Shown: positions 38,211-55,500 of the stretch, piece after piece
Position numbering within the stretch: position 1 is the first letter of the stretch
How the letters are laid out: the number at the start of each line of letters is the position of its first letter
Origin: the human T2T-CHM13v2.0 reference genome, Homo sapiens
DNA: 64,000 bases
NCBI RefSeq assembly: GCF_009914755.1
Contig: NC_060936.1
Reading direction: 5' to 3' (one strand)
Made by a program: the position numbers and the translations under genes
Notes under the pieces: model-generated
What the model was told of the DNA's origin: nothing
Databases searched by the model: none
The model's input: the letters and a program-made list of their open reading frames with translations, nothing else

Positions 38211-39244
38211 CTGTTATCTTCAGTGGAGACTAACATTTTTGTCTTATCCTACCCAATCATCTCCATCCACTTACTGTGCTTTCATAACTTGAAGAACCTT
38301 GTGAGGGAGGAAAGTTTACAAAGGTCAGGAGTTAAGTAGTTTTTGTAGTTGGCAAGATGTATCAATGAGTGGTAGATTATGAATGCTTAAACAGGAAAAG
38401 CATATCAGAGCCTGGCAACTGAACAGAGATTAGGATCTTTCTTTCTTAATTGTCAGAATTTCAGAATGTGGAAAAATCATCCTCCTGTTGAGTCTTCAAG
38501 TCATCTTTTCAGGGGTAGGGATTTTGGAAAATATAGGAGAAGGGGCAAGAGGGGAGGGAGACAGAGAGGCAGGAATTGGATTTTTAAAATGTATTTGTGA
38601 TCTGTTCTTGCACTGACTACCTACCTAATGCAAATGCTGAGAATGGTCCAGTATGTGCCAAACTGATGATGCTGTTTCTTTGCATCTCATAGCAGTTTGC
38701 CAGAGGAAGTCAACTATAAACAGGTTTTTAGGCTGGCAATCCAAGACTCCTTACAGGATTGACTCAGCAGTTATTTTGTCCAAGGTACATAGAACAGATT
38801 TACTAAGTCTGGGTCATTCTGATAAATTCTTGAAAACAGGGACCTAGACAGCAAGGGGAGAACATCAAAGATCTCCTGGGGCCGTAACCATAGTTGGCAA
38901 CTGGCCTGTGTCCTCACTTCACTCCAGTCCTGGGGCCTACAGCAAAAGGAAACTCACAAGGCAGAAGTCCTCCTTTGCCCTCCTTAAGCCATCTGCTTTG
39001 ATATGGCTCCCCTGAAGAATCAGAGCTTCTAGATTTCAAAAAATCTCACCAGATCATCTATTCCAGCCCTTACTTCATGGAGGTAAATTAAAATTGTCAT
39101 TAACAAAACCATAGTACAGGCTTTCATGTGGAAAGAAGAAGGGTTAGAGCACTGAGTGAGCAGAGGGGTCCACCAAAGACCTCTGGGAACAGAAAGTAAG
39201 TGATTCCCTGGCTTAGATAGGAAAAAAACAGGACATAAGAAAAT

Positions 39245-39744
39245 AGTAGTACTCAAACTTTGGCATGCACCAGAATCACCGACAGGGCTTTTAAAACACA
39301 AATCCCTGGACCTCACCCCCAGAACCTCTAATTCTTGTGGGTCTGGGACACTGGAACTCGCATTTCTTTATTTATTTTTTTTTTTTTTGAGATGGAGTCT
39401 CACTCTGTCACCCAGGCTGGAGTGCAGTAGCACTATCTCAGTTCACTGCAACCTCTGCCTCCGGGGTTCAAGCAATTCTCCTGCCTCAGCCTCCTGAGTA
39501 GCTGGGATTACAGGTGTGCACCACCACACCTGGCTAATTTTTGTATTTTTAGTAGAGATGAGGTTTCACCATGTTAGTCAGGCCGGTCTTGAACTCTTGA
39601 CCTCGTGATCTGCCTGCCTCGGCCTCCCAAAGTGTTGGGATTACAGGCGTGAGCCACTGCGCCCAGCCTAGAATTTGCATTTCTAACAAGTTCCCAGGTG
39701 ATGCCAATGCTTCTGGTACAGAAACCACACTTTGAAAACTTCTG
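39245..39744. mobile_element. MER5A split by Alu
   Basis: CTCAAACTTTGGCATGCACCAGAATCACC...|...GCATTTCTAACAAGTTCCCAGGTGATGC...CCACACTTTGAAAAC. Confidence 0.85.
39368..39668 (-). mobile_element. AluS (Sg-like)
   Basis: Full dimer. TSD TGGAACTCGCATTTCT / TAGAATTTGCATTTCT. Confidence 0.96.
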
Positions 39745-40214
39745 TATTAGATAAAAAGAGAACAAAGAGGAAGGCAACTGTATGAAGCCACTCAATTCCC
39801 TTATCCTCTAAAGGCTTCATGGAGGGAGTTGATGAGTAGATATTTTCCCTAGTTAGGTAGATGGATGCAGTCTTTTCTTTCCATTAAGTGTCATATTTGA
39901 ACTTAGTGAGGGTGCTGTGCAAGGGAGGGCTATGCCAGCTGGCATAGTTCACAAAACATAATTTCCTGTGGAAATTCAGTAAAAAATCACAAAGAGGTGA
40001 AGTCAGATGCTACCCAAGGGTCACAAGGTTGAGCCCTGGAGGGAGTGAGGGACTGGCTTGGGTCTGGTGACTTGCGGTGGGGTTGGGGTGGTAAACGGGA
40101 GACAGAAGAAGATCCAGTTCTCCTGTTTGCCATTGCTCATCACTAAGTATATTACAGGCTGTAAATTACAAGTAACCTCATTTTTCCAATTATATTAACT
40201 TTTATTCATATTTA

Positions 40215-40430
40215 GGGGATACTGCAATGTGGGAGAAAGGGCCCTGGACAGGGAGCTGGCAAGTCGCAATCCTGGCTCCACCCCAGTTAGTATTGTGATA
40301 ATTAGTGTTCCTCTCTGCATCCGAGCTTCTTTATTAGTAAACTGAAATAAAAATGTTTCTAAACACTCCTTGAGGGTCCAATGAGATAAAGTATAAAGGC
40401 ACTTTGCAGAAATATAAGGTACTATAGAAG
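40215..40430 (+). mobile_element. MIR
   Basis: GAAAGGGCCCTGGACAGGGAG...AATCCTGGCTCCACC...AATGAGATAAAGTATAAAGGCACTTTG. Confidence 0.6.
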
Positions 40431-41392
40431 TGGAAGAAATACCTTTTTACTCACTCACTCATTCACTCACTCACTCATTCATTTGACAAAATTGTATTAG
40501 GAATCAATCATGTGCTGTACTCTGACAACATCATGAGGAACAAAAGAAACAAGGTTCTTGCCTCATTAGGGGGAAAAGAGGAAATAATAGGCTTTCTTCT
40601 CAATCTTCTCCCCTAACCTTGCTACTACGGAGAATACTTTTAGTGGGACCACAGCAGAGAGTTAACAGACACACCTTTAGAGTTTTCCTGGGAGAGGGTC
40701 TTCAGGTGCCCTTGCATGCCCTCTCCAGACTACTACATATTCTCATCTCTAAGCAGAAAGAGACAGATGAGGGAGAAGAGGTACTGAGCCAGTGAGGTGG
40801 GGAGTGGTGGAAAAGGCCTCACAGTAGAGTCACTGGGTCCCAATCCTAGCACTCAATGGGTGGCTTTGGATGAGTTATTTAACACCTCCATGGCCCAATT
40901 TTTATCTATTATATGGACATAAGTCATGGCTAAGATTCAGCAGTACTGGTTGGTGAAACATTGAAATACTTCTGTCCCAGCTGGTAAAAGTTACTGCCAC
41001 TCAAGTATCTCCTATTCCTGCTACTCTGGGCACTCATGCCCTACCCTGTCCTGGGAACTTTCCACAGTCCAGCAAATAAGAAGTAATGCCCGTCACAGTG
41101 GGTGAATCCACTCTGCTTCAGTAAAACTTCTGTAGTTTCTGGGTGGCTGATGACCGTGTCGAATGTGTTGTTAAATATTTTGACTATCACTTGTCTATAC
41201 AACTTTTTTGAGGATCTCATTACAATCTCAATAAGCAAATGTCTTTTTGTGTGCTCAATACAGTCTTGTTTCCTCCTCCAGGCAAAAATGGACTGTTTGG
41301 TGTTGGAGGCTGAGCAGAGGTGGGCAAAAAGGAACAGAAGGAGAGTAACTGGTGAAGAAGGAGCAAAGAGTGAGGCACAGTAAGTTGGTCGT

Positions 41393-41428
41393 GGCGAGGG
41401 GGCGGGGGGCGGGGGTGGGGGGTGCGGG
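41393..41428 (+). promoter_or_regulatory. G-quadruplex-forming / GC-box tract
   Basis: GGCGAGGGGGCGGGGGGCGGGGGTGGGGGGTGCGGG has five runs of at least 3 G and two GGGCGG boxes. Function untested. Confidence 0.6.
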
Positions 41429-42236
41429 CAGATTCTCTCTGGACCTGGGATGCGCTTAGCAAGTCCCTTCTTGGAGTCCAGAGAGAAAGTAAGAGCTCAG
41501 GGCATGTCAAAGGGCTTGCAGTTCTTTGAATGGAACACAAAGTGTTATTGTTACATAGTAACAGCTCTTGCTCACATCGACAATTTATTCCATTCTAATT
41601 CTAATCTCTTCTTCACAGGGGAGACAAAAGTCTGCACATTTCTCCCTTGCACAGCCCTGCAACTTGCTACTGGGAGAATGGTTTCCTTGTTTCCCTGAGA
41701 CTCACATTTGCACTTTCTTGGCAAACCTGCTGAGAGGTATCAGAGTCACTGGACACACCCCAGAACATTGATATGTTTGGAATTTAATCAGAAGCCCCAC
41801 AAAAATGGGACTATTTACCTTACTCCTGGAAACACCCATTTGAAAAATATTTAAAAGCTATCAAAATACAAATTATTAGGACTCTGCCCTTCACAACGAG
41901 CTTTTTAGGATTTATGTATTTTGATATGTGCCTCATTCTTCCCAAGAAACGAGGTCAGGCATTTCCCTGATTCTGACATTTTAGTGCAGTGACTAGTAAA
42001 AAGATGGATAGGGTCCAACCCTGTTTTTCCATACTTCTTTACCTTGTTCTTTGGTGTCTGTTTTCTTGCAGGAGGGGCCTGGAAAAGCCTCTCCCAGCAA
42101 TCTCAGGTGGCATGGTCTTACTGCCTGGAATTGCCAACCTTGGAGTTCCAACTCTGCATCTTTGAAGTCTGGCTGGGAGTAGTCACCAATCTGAAAGTCA
42201 AGGCCCACAGGATCCTGAGAGTCCAGGAGTCCAGAA

Positions 42237-42250
42237 AGAGACAGACAGGC

Positions 42251-42312
<62 letters not shown>

Positions 42313-42315
42313 GCA

Positions 42316-42349
<34 letters not shown>
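42237..42349. repeat. Compound microsatellite (AGAT)n(AG)n...(AC)n
   Basis: Read directly from the sequence. Confidence 0.97.
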
Positions 42350-42352
<3 letters not shown>

Positions 42353-42499
42353 TCAACTATGCTGCTGCTTACCAGCCTTTTACTTCCTTACTTGTTACTC
42401 TTATTGTGTCCTCTGACACCAGCCTAGGGGTTGTTTTAAAGCTTCTCCATGATTCTCAAATCTTCAGACTCACCCTCCCCACCTAGTTCTCTAAAATGC

Positions 42500-44435
42500 C
42501 ACCAGCTCCCCCTCTGCATTGGAAACATCCATCTTCCCTGCTCACTATTCCCCTCCGTCTCAAAATGTTCCTTTGTTCTTCACTCACTTCCTTTCCTTTG
42601 GCATCTGGGGAAGGTTTGTTCTCCTTTTCAAATTGAAGGCCCTGACCTGGGCTCATGATCAAATATCACTCAGTGATCTCCTCTTGAGTAATTTCAGTCT
42701 CACCCTTTCTGTAAGAAGGACCCTCAGTCTTTCCCACACAATGCCCTCTCAATGTGCACCCTACCTTTCTTTTCCTTCCTTTTAGAATTGTTAAATTAGC
42801 AGCCTGCACTGACTAGCTCCTCTTTCTCACCTCATCTCTTTCCAATCTGCAGATTGCAATTCTGATTGGGATCTTACTTCTGGTCAAATTGCAATATTGA
42901 AACATAATTGGTGGTGTAATGATTTTACCATTGATGACTCTCAAACCATCCAAGTCAGTTTTTTCTTTCTTTCTCAGTCTTATTCTCACCCTTCCCTCAC
43001 TACAGGGCATAGGACACTGCTGACATCCCCTTGCTTCTTGAAATGAATGCTTTCTGCTACACTACAGTAGTAGTTCTCTTTCAACCAGGGATAGTTTTTC
43101 TCAAGTTTCCTAAATGATGCCTCCTTGGCATTCCTGAGATTCTTCTCCTCTCCTCCCTTTTTTGCCTTTACTCCACTCTCCCCTCCCCTTGTCTCATGCA
43201 CTGCCATGGTTTTGGTGACTACCCCTTACCTCTACAGAAATGACTCCCAAATCCTTGCCTCCAGAGGTCTCTTGCCTCCTGGATCATAGTCCCTCAATTC
43301 TACCTGCTGGATTTTTCCTTTGGTATACTGCTGGCATCTTAACCCAGAGTGTTCAATACCCAAATCATTCCCCTCTTCTTGAAACAGACTCAGCCTTTTC
43401 AGCCTCTTTACTTTTGTAAATGGTATAAACGTTACCTGAGTCAGGCAAACTAAAAATATTTGCTTCTGCATTGCATCACTCTATTTATTTAACTCACTTT
43501 TTCTGTTTGGTTGTTTTCTGCACTGGCTCTTGGCTCTACTCCCTGCTTTCCACTGCAGTTGCTCTCACCTGAATGCATAGTTTATCTTTCTGCTTGGATG
43601 CTTGCACTAGCCTGTTTGGTGACTGTTTCCTTGATTTTGTTTTCTCCTTTTCCAATTATCTAACACACTCAGACAAACTGATCTTCTTTGAAAAATTTTT
43701 TCTGAGACAGAGTCTCGCTCTGTCACCCAGGCTGGAGTGCAGTGGCGCAATCTTGGCTCACTGCAACTTCTGCCAGGTTCAAGCAATTCTCCTGCCTCAG
43801 CCTCCCAATTAGCTGGGATTACAGGCACCCGCCACCATGCCCGGCTAATTTTTTATATTTTTAGTAAAGATGGGGCTTCATTATGTTGGCCAGGCTGGTC
43901 TCGAACTCCTGACCTCAAATGATCCACCCACTTCAGCAAATTGATCTTCTTAAAGCCTGATGAGTCTTTGCTGGTCTCACCTCTCTGCTAAATTAAGCTA
44001 ACCTTTAAAATGGCATTTAAGGTCTTAAAGATCTTTCAAGGCTCAATTCTCAGGACTTCCCTAAAATTAATCTATTTTCTAATCAAATGTGATGGCTCAA
44101 AATTTCCCAGTAATTTCCAATTTCTGCCCCTTTGTTTATATTCTTTCCTTTACCTAGCTCCCCCAAGAGCACTTTTGCTCAAATGCAGTGGAATCAATTC
44201 CTTCTCTGAAACCCTATAAAACTTAGTTTGTGCCTGCTTTTTTACCCTGATCATTGTCTGCTTAATATTGCATATTTTGGTAGCCTAATTATCCTACTTC
44301 TATCTCTTCCAGTTTATAAAATATTTGAAGGGAAAGAGTGTACTGTAGGCTTTCTTAGAATCTTGCATGGCATCCGAGGCAGTATCTTTTGCATTGTAGG
44401 CTCCAATATATATTTGTTGAATGCTAAATAAACTA
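42500..44435 (+). mobile_element. Long degraded L2, split by Alu
   Basis: Pyrimidine-rich sense L2 motifs (AAATGACTCCCAAATC, TGGCATTTAAGGTCTT) and tail TAGGCTCCAATATATATTTGTTGAATG. 5' end approximate. Confidence 0.65.
43689..43936 (-). mobile_element. 5'-truncated AluS
   Basis: Minus strand starts at CTGAAGTGGGTGGATCATTTGAGG. TSD CAAACTGATCTTCTT / CAAATTGATCTTCTT. Confidence 0.93.
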
Positions 44436-46649
44436 ATCATATTTTTAGAAACTTTATATTCAGTTTCTTGTTTTGGAAAATATTTAAATTTTTAATTTTA
44501 TTTATTTTTTATTTTAATTAATGACTGGAAAATACTAGTAACTATTCACCTCACATAAACATTCTCAAAACAAACTCATTTCTCCCAAAGATGACTACAT
44601 TCATCAACATTTAGAGATAATTCTTCAGAAGCAAGATGGTGGACTGGAGGGCTCCACTAATTGTCCCTCCAACAAGGACACCAATTTAAGAACTATCTAT
44701 ACACACACAAAAGCACCTTCATAAGCTCCAATAATCATGTGAGCACTCACAGTACCTGGTTTTAACTTTGTATCACTGAAAGAGGCACAGAAGAGGCAGG
44801 AGAAACAGTCCTGAATCACCAATGCCACCCCTCCTTAAACCACTTGCAGTGGTGGCATGGTGTGAAGCATTTCTATGCTCTGGGGAAAGGAAGAGTGGAG
44901 TAATTATGAGACATTGACTCAGTGCTGCCTTGTTCAAGTAGAAGGTAAAAAACAGGCCAAACTCACATGACACCCAGCCATGGAGGGGGCATTTAAACCA
45001 GCCCAAGACTGAGAGTAATTGCCAATCCCAGCATGGGAACATAAGTTCCCATAAGCCTTGCCACTGTGGGCTAAAGTGCTCTGGGGCCTCAAATAAATTT
45101 CAAAGGCAGCCTGGGCCACAAGAACTGCAACTGCTAGGTGAGTCCTAATGCTGAAATGGGCCCAGAGCCAGCGCGCTGTGGGGGGAATTAGACCTACTGA
45201 GACATCAGTTGGGGTGGTTAAGGAAGTGCTGGCATCACTCCTCCCCTAACCACAGGCTTCACAGATCGCAGCTCCAAAAGAGACCCCTTCATTCTGCTTG
45301 AGGAGAGAACAGGGAAGAGTGAGGAGGACTTTGTCTTACATCTTGGATACCAGCTCAACCACAGCAGGATAGGGAACCCATTAGAGGTGTGAGGCCCTAG
45401 CTCATGGATGACATTTCTAGACACACCATGGGCTAAAAGGGAACCTGTTGCCCTGAAAAGAAGAACCCAGTCCTGGCAGTCCTGCTAACTTGAAAAGCCA
45501 TTGGACCTTAAATAACCAGCATCCATAACCGGGTAAACAATCCAAAACACTGTGGGCCTTGGTGATACGCTGAGACTTGCTGGCTTCAGGTGAGACTCAG
45601 CACATTCTCAGCTGTGGTGGCTGTGGGGCAAGGATCTTTCTGCTTGAGAAAAGTGGAGAGAAATGTACAGGTGACTTTGTCTTGCACCTTAGGTACCAGC
45701 TCTGGCCACAGTGGGGTGGAGCACCAAGTGGGCTTTTGGGGTCCCCAATCCCAGCATTTGGCTCTTGGATGGTATTTCTGAACCTGCTTTGGGCCAGAGG
45801 GGAGCTCACTGCCCTGAAGGGTGAGTCCCAGACCAGGCAGCATTCAACATAAACTGACTGAAGAGCCCTTGGGCCTTAAGGGTACATTGGTGGCAGTCTG
45901 GCAGTACTCACTGTGGGCTTGTGGTGGCAGTGGCCACGGGGGAGGCTTCTCTGCCTTTGGAAAGTGTAGGGGAGAGTGGGAAGGACTGCATCTTGTGGTT
46001 TGAGTGTCAGCTCAGCTGCAGTACAATAGAACACCAGGTAGACTTCTAAGGTTTTTGACCGTAGTCCCTTGCTTCTGGACAGCACCTCTGGACCTGTCTG
46101 GAGACTGGGAAGCTTGCCACCCTGAAGGGAAGGACACAGGCATGGCTGGCTTTGCCATCTACTGATTTTGGAGCCCCAGGGCCTTGAGAAAACATGGACG
46201 GTAGCCAGGGAGTGGTTATAGAAAACCTTGGGTGATATTCAGTGCTGTGCTGGCTTTAGATCTGACTCAGCACAATCCTAGTGCTGGTGGCCAAAGGAGT
46301 GCTTGTGTCACTCCACCCCCAGCTCTAGGTGGCTCAGAACAGAGAGACTTTGGGAGAATGTAAAGCAAGAGAACAAGATTCTCTGTCTGGTAATCCAGAG
46401 AATTCTGGATCATGTTCAAGACTCTATGAGTCTACAGGAACCAGAGCATTGCTAGCTTGGGGTGCCTAAAGTAGATACAGCTTAGATCACAACAACTAAG
46501 TTTTTTTTTTTTTTTTTTGAGTATCTGGAAAGCCTTCCCAGGAAGGATGAATACAAACAAGCCCAAACTGCAAAGACTACAATAAATACCTAACTCTTCA
46601 ATGCCAAGACTCATACGCTCATCTACAATGTCAAGGCTGCCCAAGAAAA

Positions 46650-47540
46650 CATGACTTTAAGAAAGTAACTAAATAAGGCACCAAGGATCAATTCTGGAGA
46701 AACAGAAGTAGGTGACCTTTCAGACAGAGAACTCAAAATAGCTGTTTTGAGGAAACTCAAAGAAATTGAAGATAACAGAGAAGGAATTCTGAATCCTATC
46801 AGATAAATTTAACAAATAGATTAAAATAATTTAAAAGAATCAAGCAGAAATTCTGGAGCTGAAAAATGCAATTGACAAACTGAAGAATGCATCAGAGTCT
46901 GTTGATAGCAGAAGAAATAATTAGTAAGCTTGAAGACAGGCTTTTGAAACTACACAGACGAGACAAAAGAAAAAAGAAAAAACCAATGAAACATGTCTGT
47001 AGGATCTAGAAAATAGTCTCAAATGGCAAATCTAAGGTAATTGACCTTAAAGAGGAGGTAGAGAAAGAGATAGGGATAAAAAATTTATTCAAATAGATAA
47101 TAATAGAGAACTTTCCAAACCTAAAGATATCGATATGCAAGTACAAGAAGGTTATAGAACACTAAGCGGATTTAACCCAAAGAAGACTACCTAAAGGCAT
47201 TTCATAATCAAACTCCCAAAGGTCAAGAATAAAGAAAAGATCCTAAAAGCAGCAAGAGAAAATAAACCAAACACATACAATGGAGCTCTAATATGTCTGG
47301 CAGCAAATTTTTCAGTGGAAACCTTACAGGCCAGGAGAGAGTGGGATGACATATTTAAAGTGCTGAAGGAAAAAAAAACTTTTATCCTAGAATAGTATAG
47401 TCAGCAGAAATAGCCTTCAAACATGAAGAAGAATTAAGATCTTTCCAGACCAACAAAAGCTGAGGGATTACATTAACACCAGACCTGTCCTGTAAGAAAT
47501 GCTAAGGGAGTACTTTAATCAGAAAGAAAAGAATGTTAAT
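46650..47540 (+). pseudogene. L1 ORF1 remnant
   Basis: Coiled-coil and RRM region motifs (GAGAACTTTCCAAACCT = ENFPNL, AAGATCCTAAAAGCAGCAAGAGA = KILKAAR). Many stops. Confidence 0.75.
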
Positions 47541-48025
47541 GAGTAAGAAGAAATCATCCAAAGGTACAAAATTCACTCTTAGTAGTAGATACACAGAAAA
47601 CACAGAACATTATCATACTGTACTGTTATATGTAAACTACTCTTATCTTAAGGAAAAAGACTAAATGATGAACCAATCAAAAATAATAGCTACAACAACT
47701 TTTCAAGACATAGGCAGTACAATAAGATATGAATAGAAACAACACAAAGTTAAAAAGTGATAGGAAGTTAAGGCAGAGTGTTTATTCATTTTCTTTTTGC
47801 TTGCTTGTTTGTTTATGTAAACAGTGCTAAGTTGTTATTGGCTGAAAATAATAGATTATAAGATAGTATTTGCAAGCCTCATAGTAACCTCAATCCAAAA
47901 ACATATGACAGGTACACAAAAAATAAAAAGCAAGAAACTAAAACATATTATCAGAGAAAGTCATCTTCAGTAAAAGGAAGACAGGAAGGAAAGAAAGAAG
48001 AGAAGACCAGAAAACAAATAACAAG

Positions 48026-52000
<3,975 letters not shown>

Positions 52001-54204
52001 CATACTATTCAGCCATAAAAAGAATGAGATCCTGTCATTTGCAACAACATGGATGGAACTGGAGGCTATTCTGTTAAGTGAAATAAGCCAAGCACAGAAA
52101 GACAAACGTCAGAAGTTCTCACTCATTTGTGGAACCTAAAAATCAAAACAACTGAACTAACAGAGTTAGAGAGTAGAAGGAAGGTTACCAAGTCCTGGGA
52201 AGGGAAGTGGGTTGTTAAGGGGGTGGTGGGAATGGTTAATGGGTCCAAAATATAGATTGAATAAGATCTAGCATTTGATAGCACAACAGGGTGACTATAG
52301 TCAATAATAATTTAATTGTACATTCAAAAATAACCAAAGGAGTATAATTGAATTTTTTTGTAACACAAAGGATAAATGCTTGCAGTGATAGATACCCCAT
52401 TTTCCATGATGTAATTATTATGTGTTGCACACTTGTATCAAAACATCTCATGTACCCTATAAATATATACACCTATTATGTACCCATAAAAATTAAAAAA
52501 ACATTTTGAGAGTGATTATGCCTTTTTATTGAAATAATTAAGTGAAAATAGGAAACAAAGATCTGAATGTCATCTACACAGAAGCTCCTGGGACAAGATA
52601 TTATGAAATTTGTACTCCTTCTAAAACAAAAAAACAAACAAATAAGCAAAACCCAAAATGGTCAACGCTTTGTAATAGTGAGACATTTGAGACACTAAGC
52701 ACAAAGTCTCCTATACTCTTTCTAAACACCCAACCCTCTTTGCCTACATTGCACCCATGAGAGGATTTGGGGAAGGACAAATAGCAGAAGGTGCTATAAT
52801 TGGCTATAGAACTTTAAGAGGGGCCTCTTCTAGACCTTCACAAGTTTTTTCATTACCCTACACATCCAGAAGAAAAGCTTTTTTTTTTTTTTTAAACTCA
52901 GCCAGCTACTTGAATGTTGGATCTTCAAATTAAATAAAAATATATATTTAAAAACACCCTCAATAACTAACAAAAAAAATCACTTGGTTATTTGATACAT
53001 GGACCATGTCTCAATAACTTGTTTATTTCTCCCACAGGATTAAATCTGAGTACATAGTGAATGACCAATCAATCCTCATAGTTTGATTATAGATTATTGA
53101 CTTACATTTACGAGATGCTTTCTGGAAACTCTCCTATCCCTCAACTCAGAAGTCTGACAACGTGTGTAGAGAAAACCTGTGTCTAGAGCATGCATTGGCT
53201 CAGAGCAAAACACACCCAATATTGTCAAACAATTGGTTGTTGACAAAAATTCAACCTTTATTTAATAGGGAAAATGTGTTTGGCAGGTAGAACCCAAGTC
53301 CTCGAAGGCTTTTTTTTTATGGTGTATATGTGTTTTATTTGTTTTTATTGCCACATGTATTAAACAGTCATCCTATCTCACCTTGGGTGATTGGAGCCCT
53401 CTTCAGTAGGTAGATTCCTCCAGCCATCTTGGACCATTTCTGTGACACAGACAATGTTTTCTTCTTCCCAAACTTTATTTTGAAGTAAGTTCAAGGAAAT
53501 TCAAAACAGCAAGGTTGAGTGGAAAAAATAAGTCTTTTGTTCAGCATGTACAGTTTGAATTCTGTCAGGAGATATTGTACTTTCCTTTTATTACACTTTA
53601 TTTTGGAGGTTTTTTTTTGTTTTTTTTTTTTTTTTTTAAGAGTCAGAGGAACCCTAAGTCAGGAGGCTGTCCATAGCTGAGTCTCATGGACAAATGGTCA
53701 GCTCAAACACATAACAAAGGGTCTGTTGTGATGTTGCCAATTCTATTTCATGAAATCTTTTTTTGGTATAAACTGGAGAAAGCACTTTGTTCAGTTAAAG
53801 ATTTTTTTTCTTCCCTACCAGTTGTCCTTGCCAAGGTCAATGTTTCTATTATGTGGGGGGAAGCATACCCGCCCCCTGGTGGCTGATTTACACATAGACC
53901 TTTTTCTTTACCAAGACCCGTGGATCTCAGTAGCTAAAATGTCCTAGTGTGGTGTACATTCATTTAACAAATATTTATTGAGCTCCTGTTTTGTGCCAGG
54001 CAATGTACTAAGTGATTCGAGTTGGGAAACCCAAGGTCTTCCTCTGGGTCTTTTATATGGCAACCAACCATTCAACCTGTTCACAAGGCGGCCACCTCAC
54101 CTCCGGTGCTTCATTTTCTCAACAATGAGCTATATTATATCTGCACTACTTATCCCAAAGCATAGTATCAAAGATCCAAAATGATAAAATAACAGCAAGT
54201 GTGA

Positions 54205-54785
54205 TCGTATGTTGTAAATTAGATGAGGTCACTCCAGTGCTTAAAATAATTTAATGTCTTCCCATTGCCCTTAAAATAAAATCCAACCTCTTTTTATGGA
54301 CTCAAAGACCCAGCACAATCTATCCACTGCCTCCTTGTCAACCTCATGCCACACCATTCTCCCCCTGGAGAATCTCACCCCTTAATACAGGTCAACTGTC
54401 ATTTTCTTGAAAGTGCAATTTCCCCCTTAAGGCCCGTATATGTACTTTCTCCTCCCCTTTATAAGCGTCTTCCTACTCTTCACCTACCTAACTCTTATTT
54501 ATCTTCTTTCTGAATGAAGGCCACCTTCTCAGGAATTTCTTTGCTAAGTACTAGTTCTAAAAATAGTTCACTTTATTAAATTATTTCATAGAATCTTATT
54601 TTCCTTCATAGGTCTTATCCTGTATAGCAAGTATGTATTTATTTAAATTGCTATTTTTGACCATCTTCTCCACCGAAGTGAAAGTTCCATGAGGACATGT
54701 ACCATAACTGTATAATTCACTACAGTCTATCTTGCACCTGTAAATAGCATCAATTGGACTTTGGGGAATGAATGAATAAATGACA
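54205..54785 (+). mobile_element. L2 3' region
   Basis: TCACTCCAGTGCTTAAAA...CTTCCCATTGCCCTTAAAATAAAATCCAA...AAGTTCCATGAGGACA...GAATGAATGAATAAATGA. Confidence 0.7.
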
Positions 54786-55310
54786 CCTGTGGAATGTTAT
54801 AGAAATGTGAATTTATTATATATAAATAAGATAATATGAAATATAGAAAAAGTAGGAAAAGCAATTCAAGAAAGAGAATATTGGTGCATTTAATAAGTAT
54901 TTTGAAATATGAACTTTTAAAGTTTAATTACTCAGTTATATAATCTATATGTTATGACTGCTTAATTAAATAGAATTTAGAATGTTATAACCTAAGCTAA
55001 GTTTGCAGGTGACAAAACTGGTGTCCAAAGACATGAAGTGAGACATATAAGGTTATACAGAAGCAGAAACAAGACTAGAATATATGTCTGTGATTCCTGA
55101 CCTGGAGTTCTTTTGACTACATTGTGTTTATTCTTGTACAACATTATTGTTATGAAACCTCATTTCTTAAGGCTTTATAGACTTATTAAACTTTTGTATT
55201 CTATTAAGGTTAGACTAGAGCATCTATAAACAAATTGCTTAATAATTATTGAGCATCTTCCGTCCTGATGTCCTGGAACTAAAATATATATATATATATC
55301 TTAGCTCAAC

Positions 55311-55500
55311 TGCCTTCTCCCTTCTCCTGCTTCTCCTTCTCCTTCTCTTCTCCTTCCCTTCTCCTTCCCTTCTCCTTTCCTTCTCCTTTCCTTCTCCTTT
55401 CTTTCTTTCTTCCTTCCTTCCTTCCTTCCTTCCTTCCTTCCTTCCTTCTTTCCTTCCTTCCTTCCTTCCTCCCTTCCCTCCCTACCTGTTCCCTTCTATT
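55311..55500. repeat. (CTTC)n / CT-rich simple repeat
   Basis: Read directly from the sequence. Confidence 0.95.
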
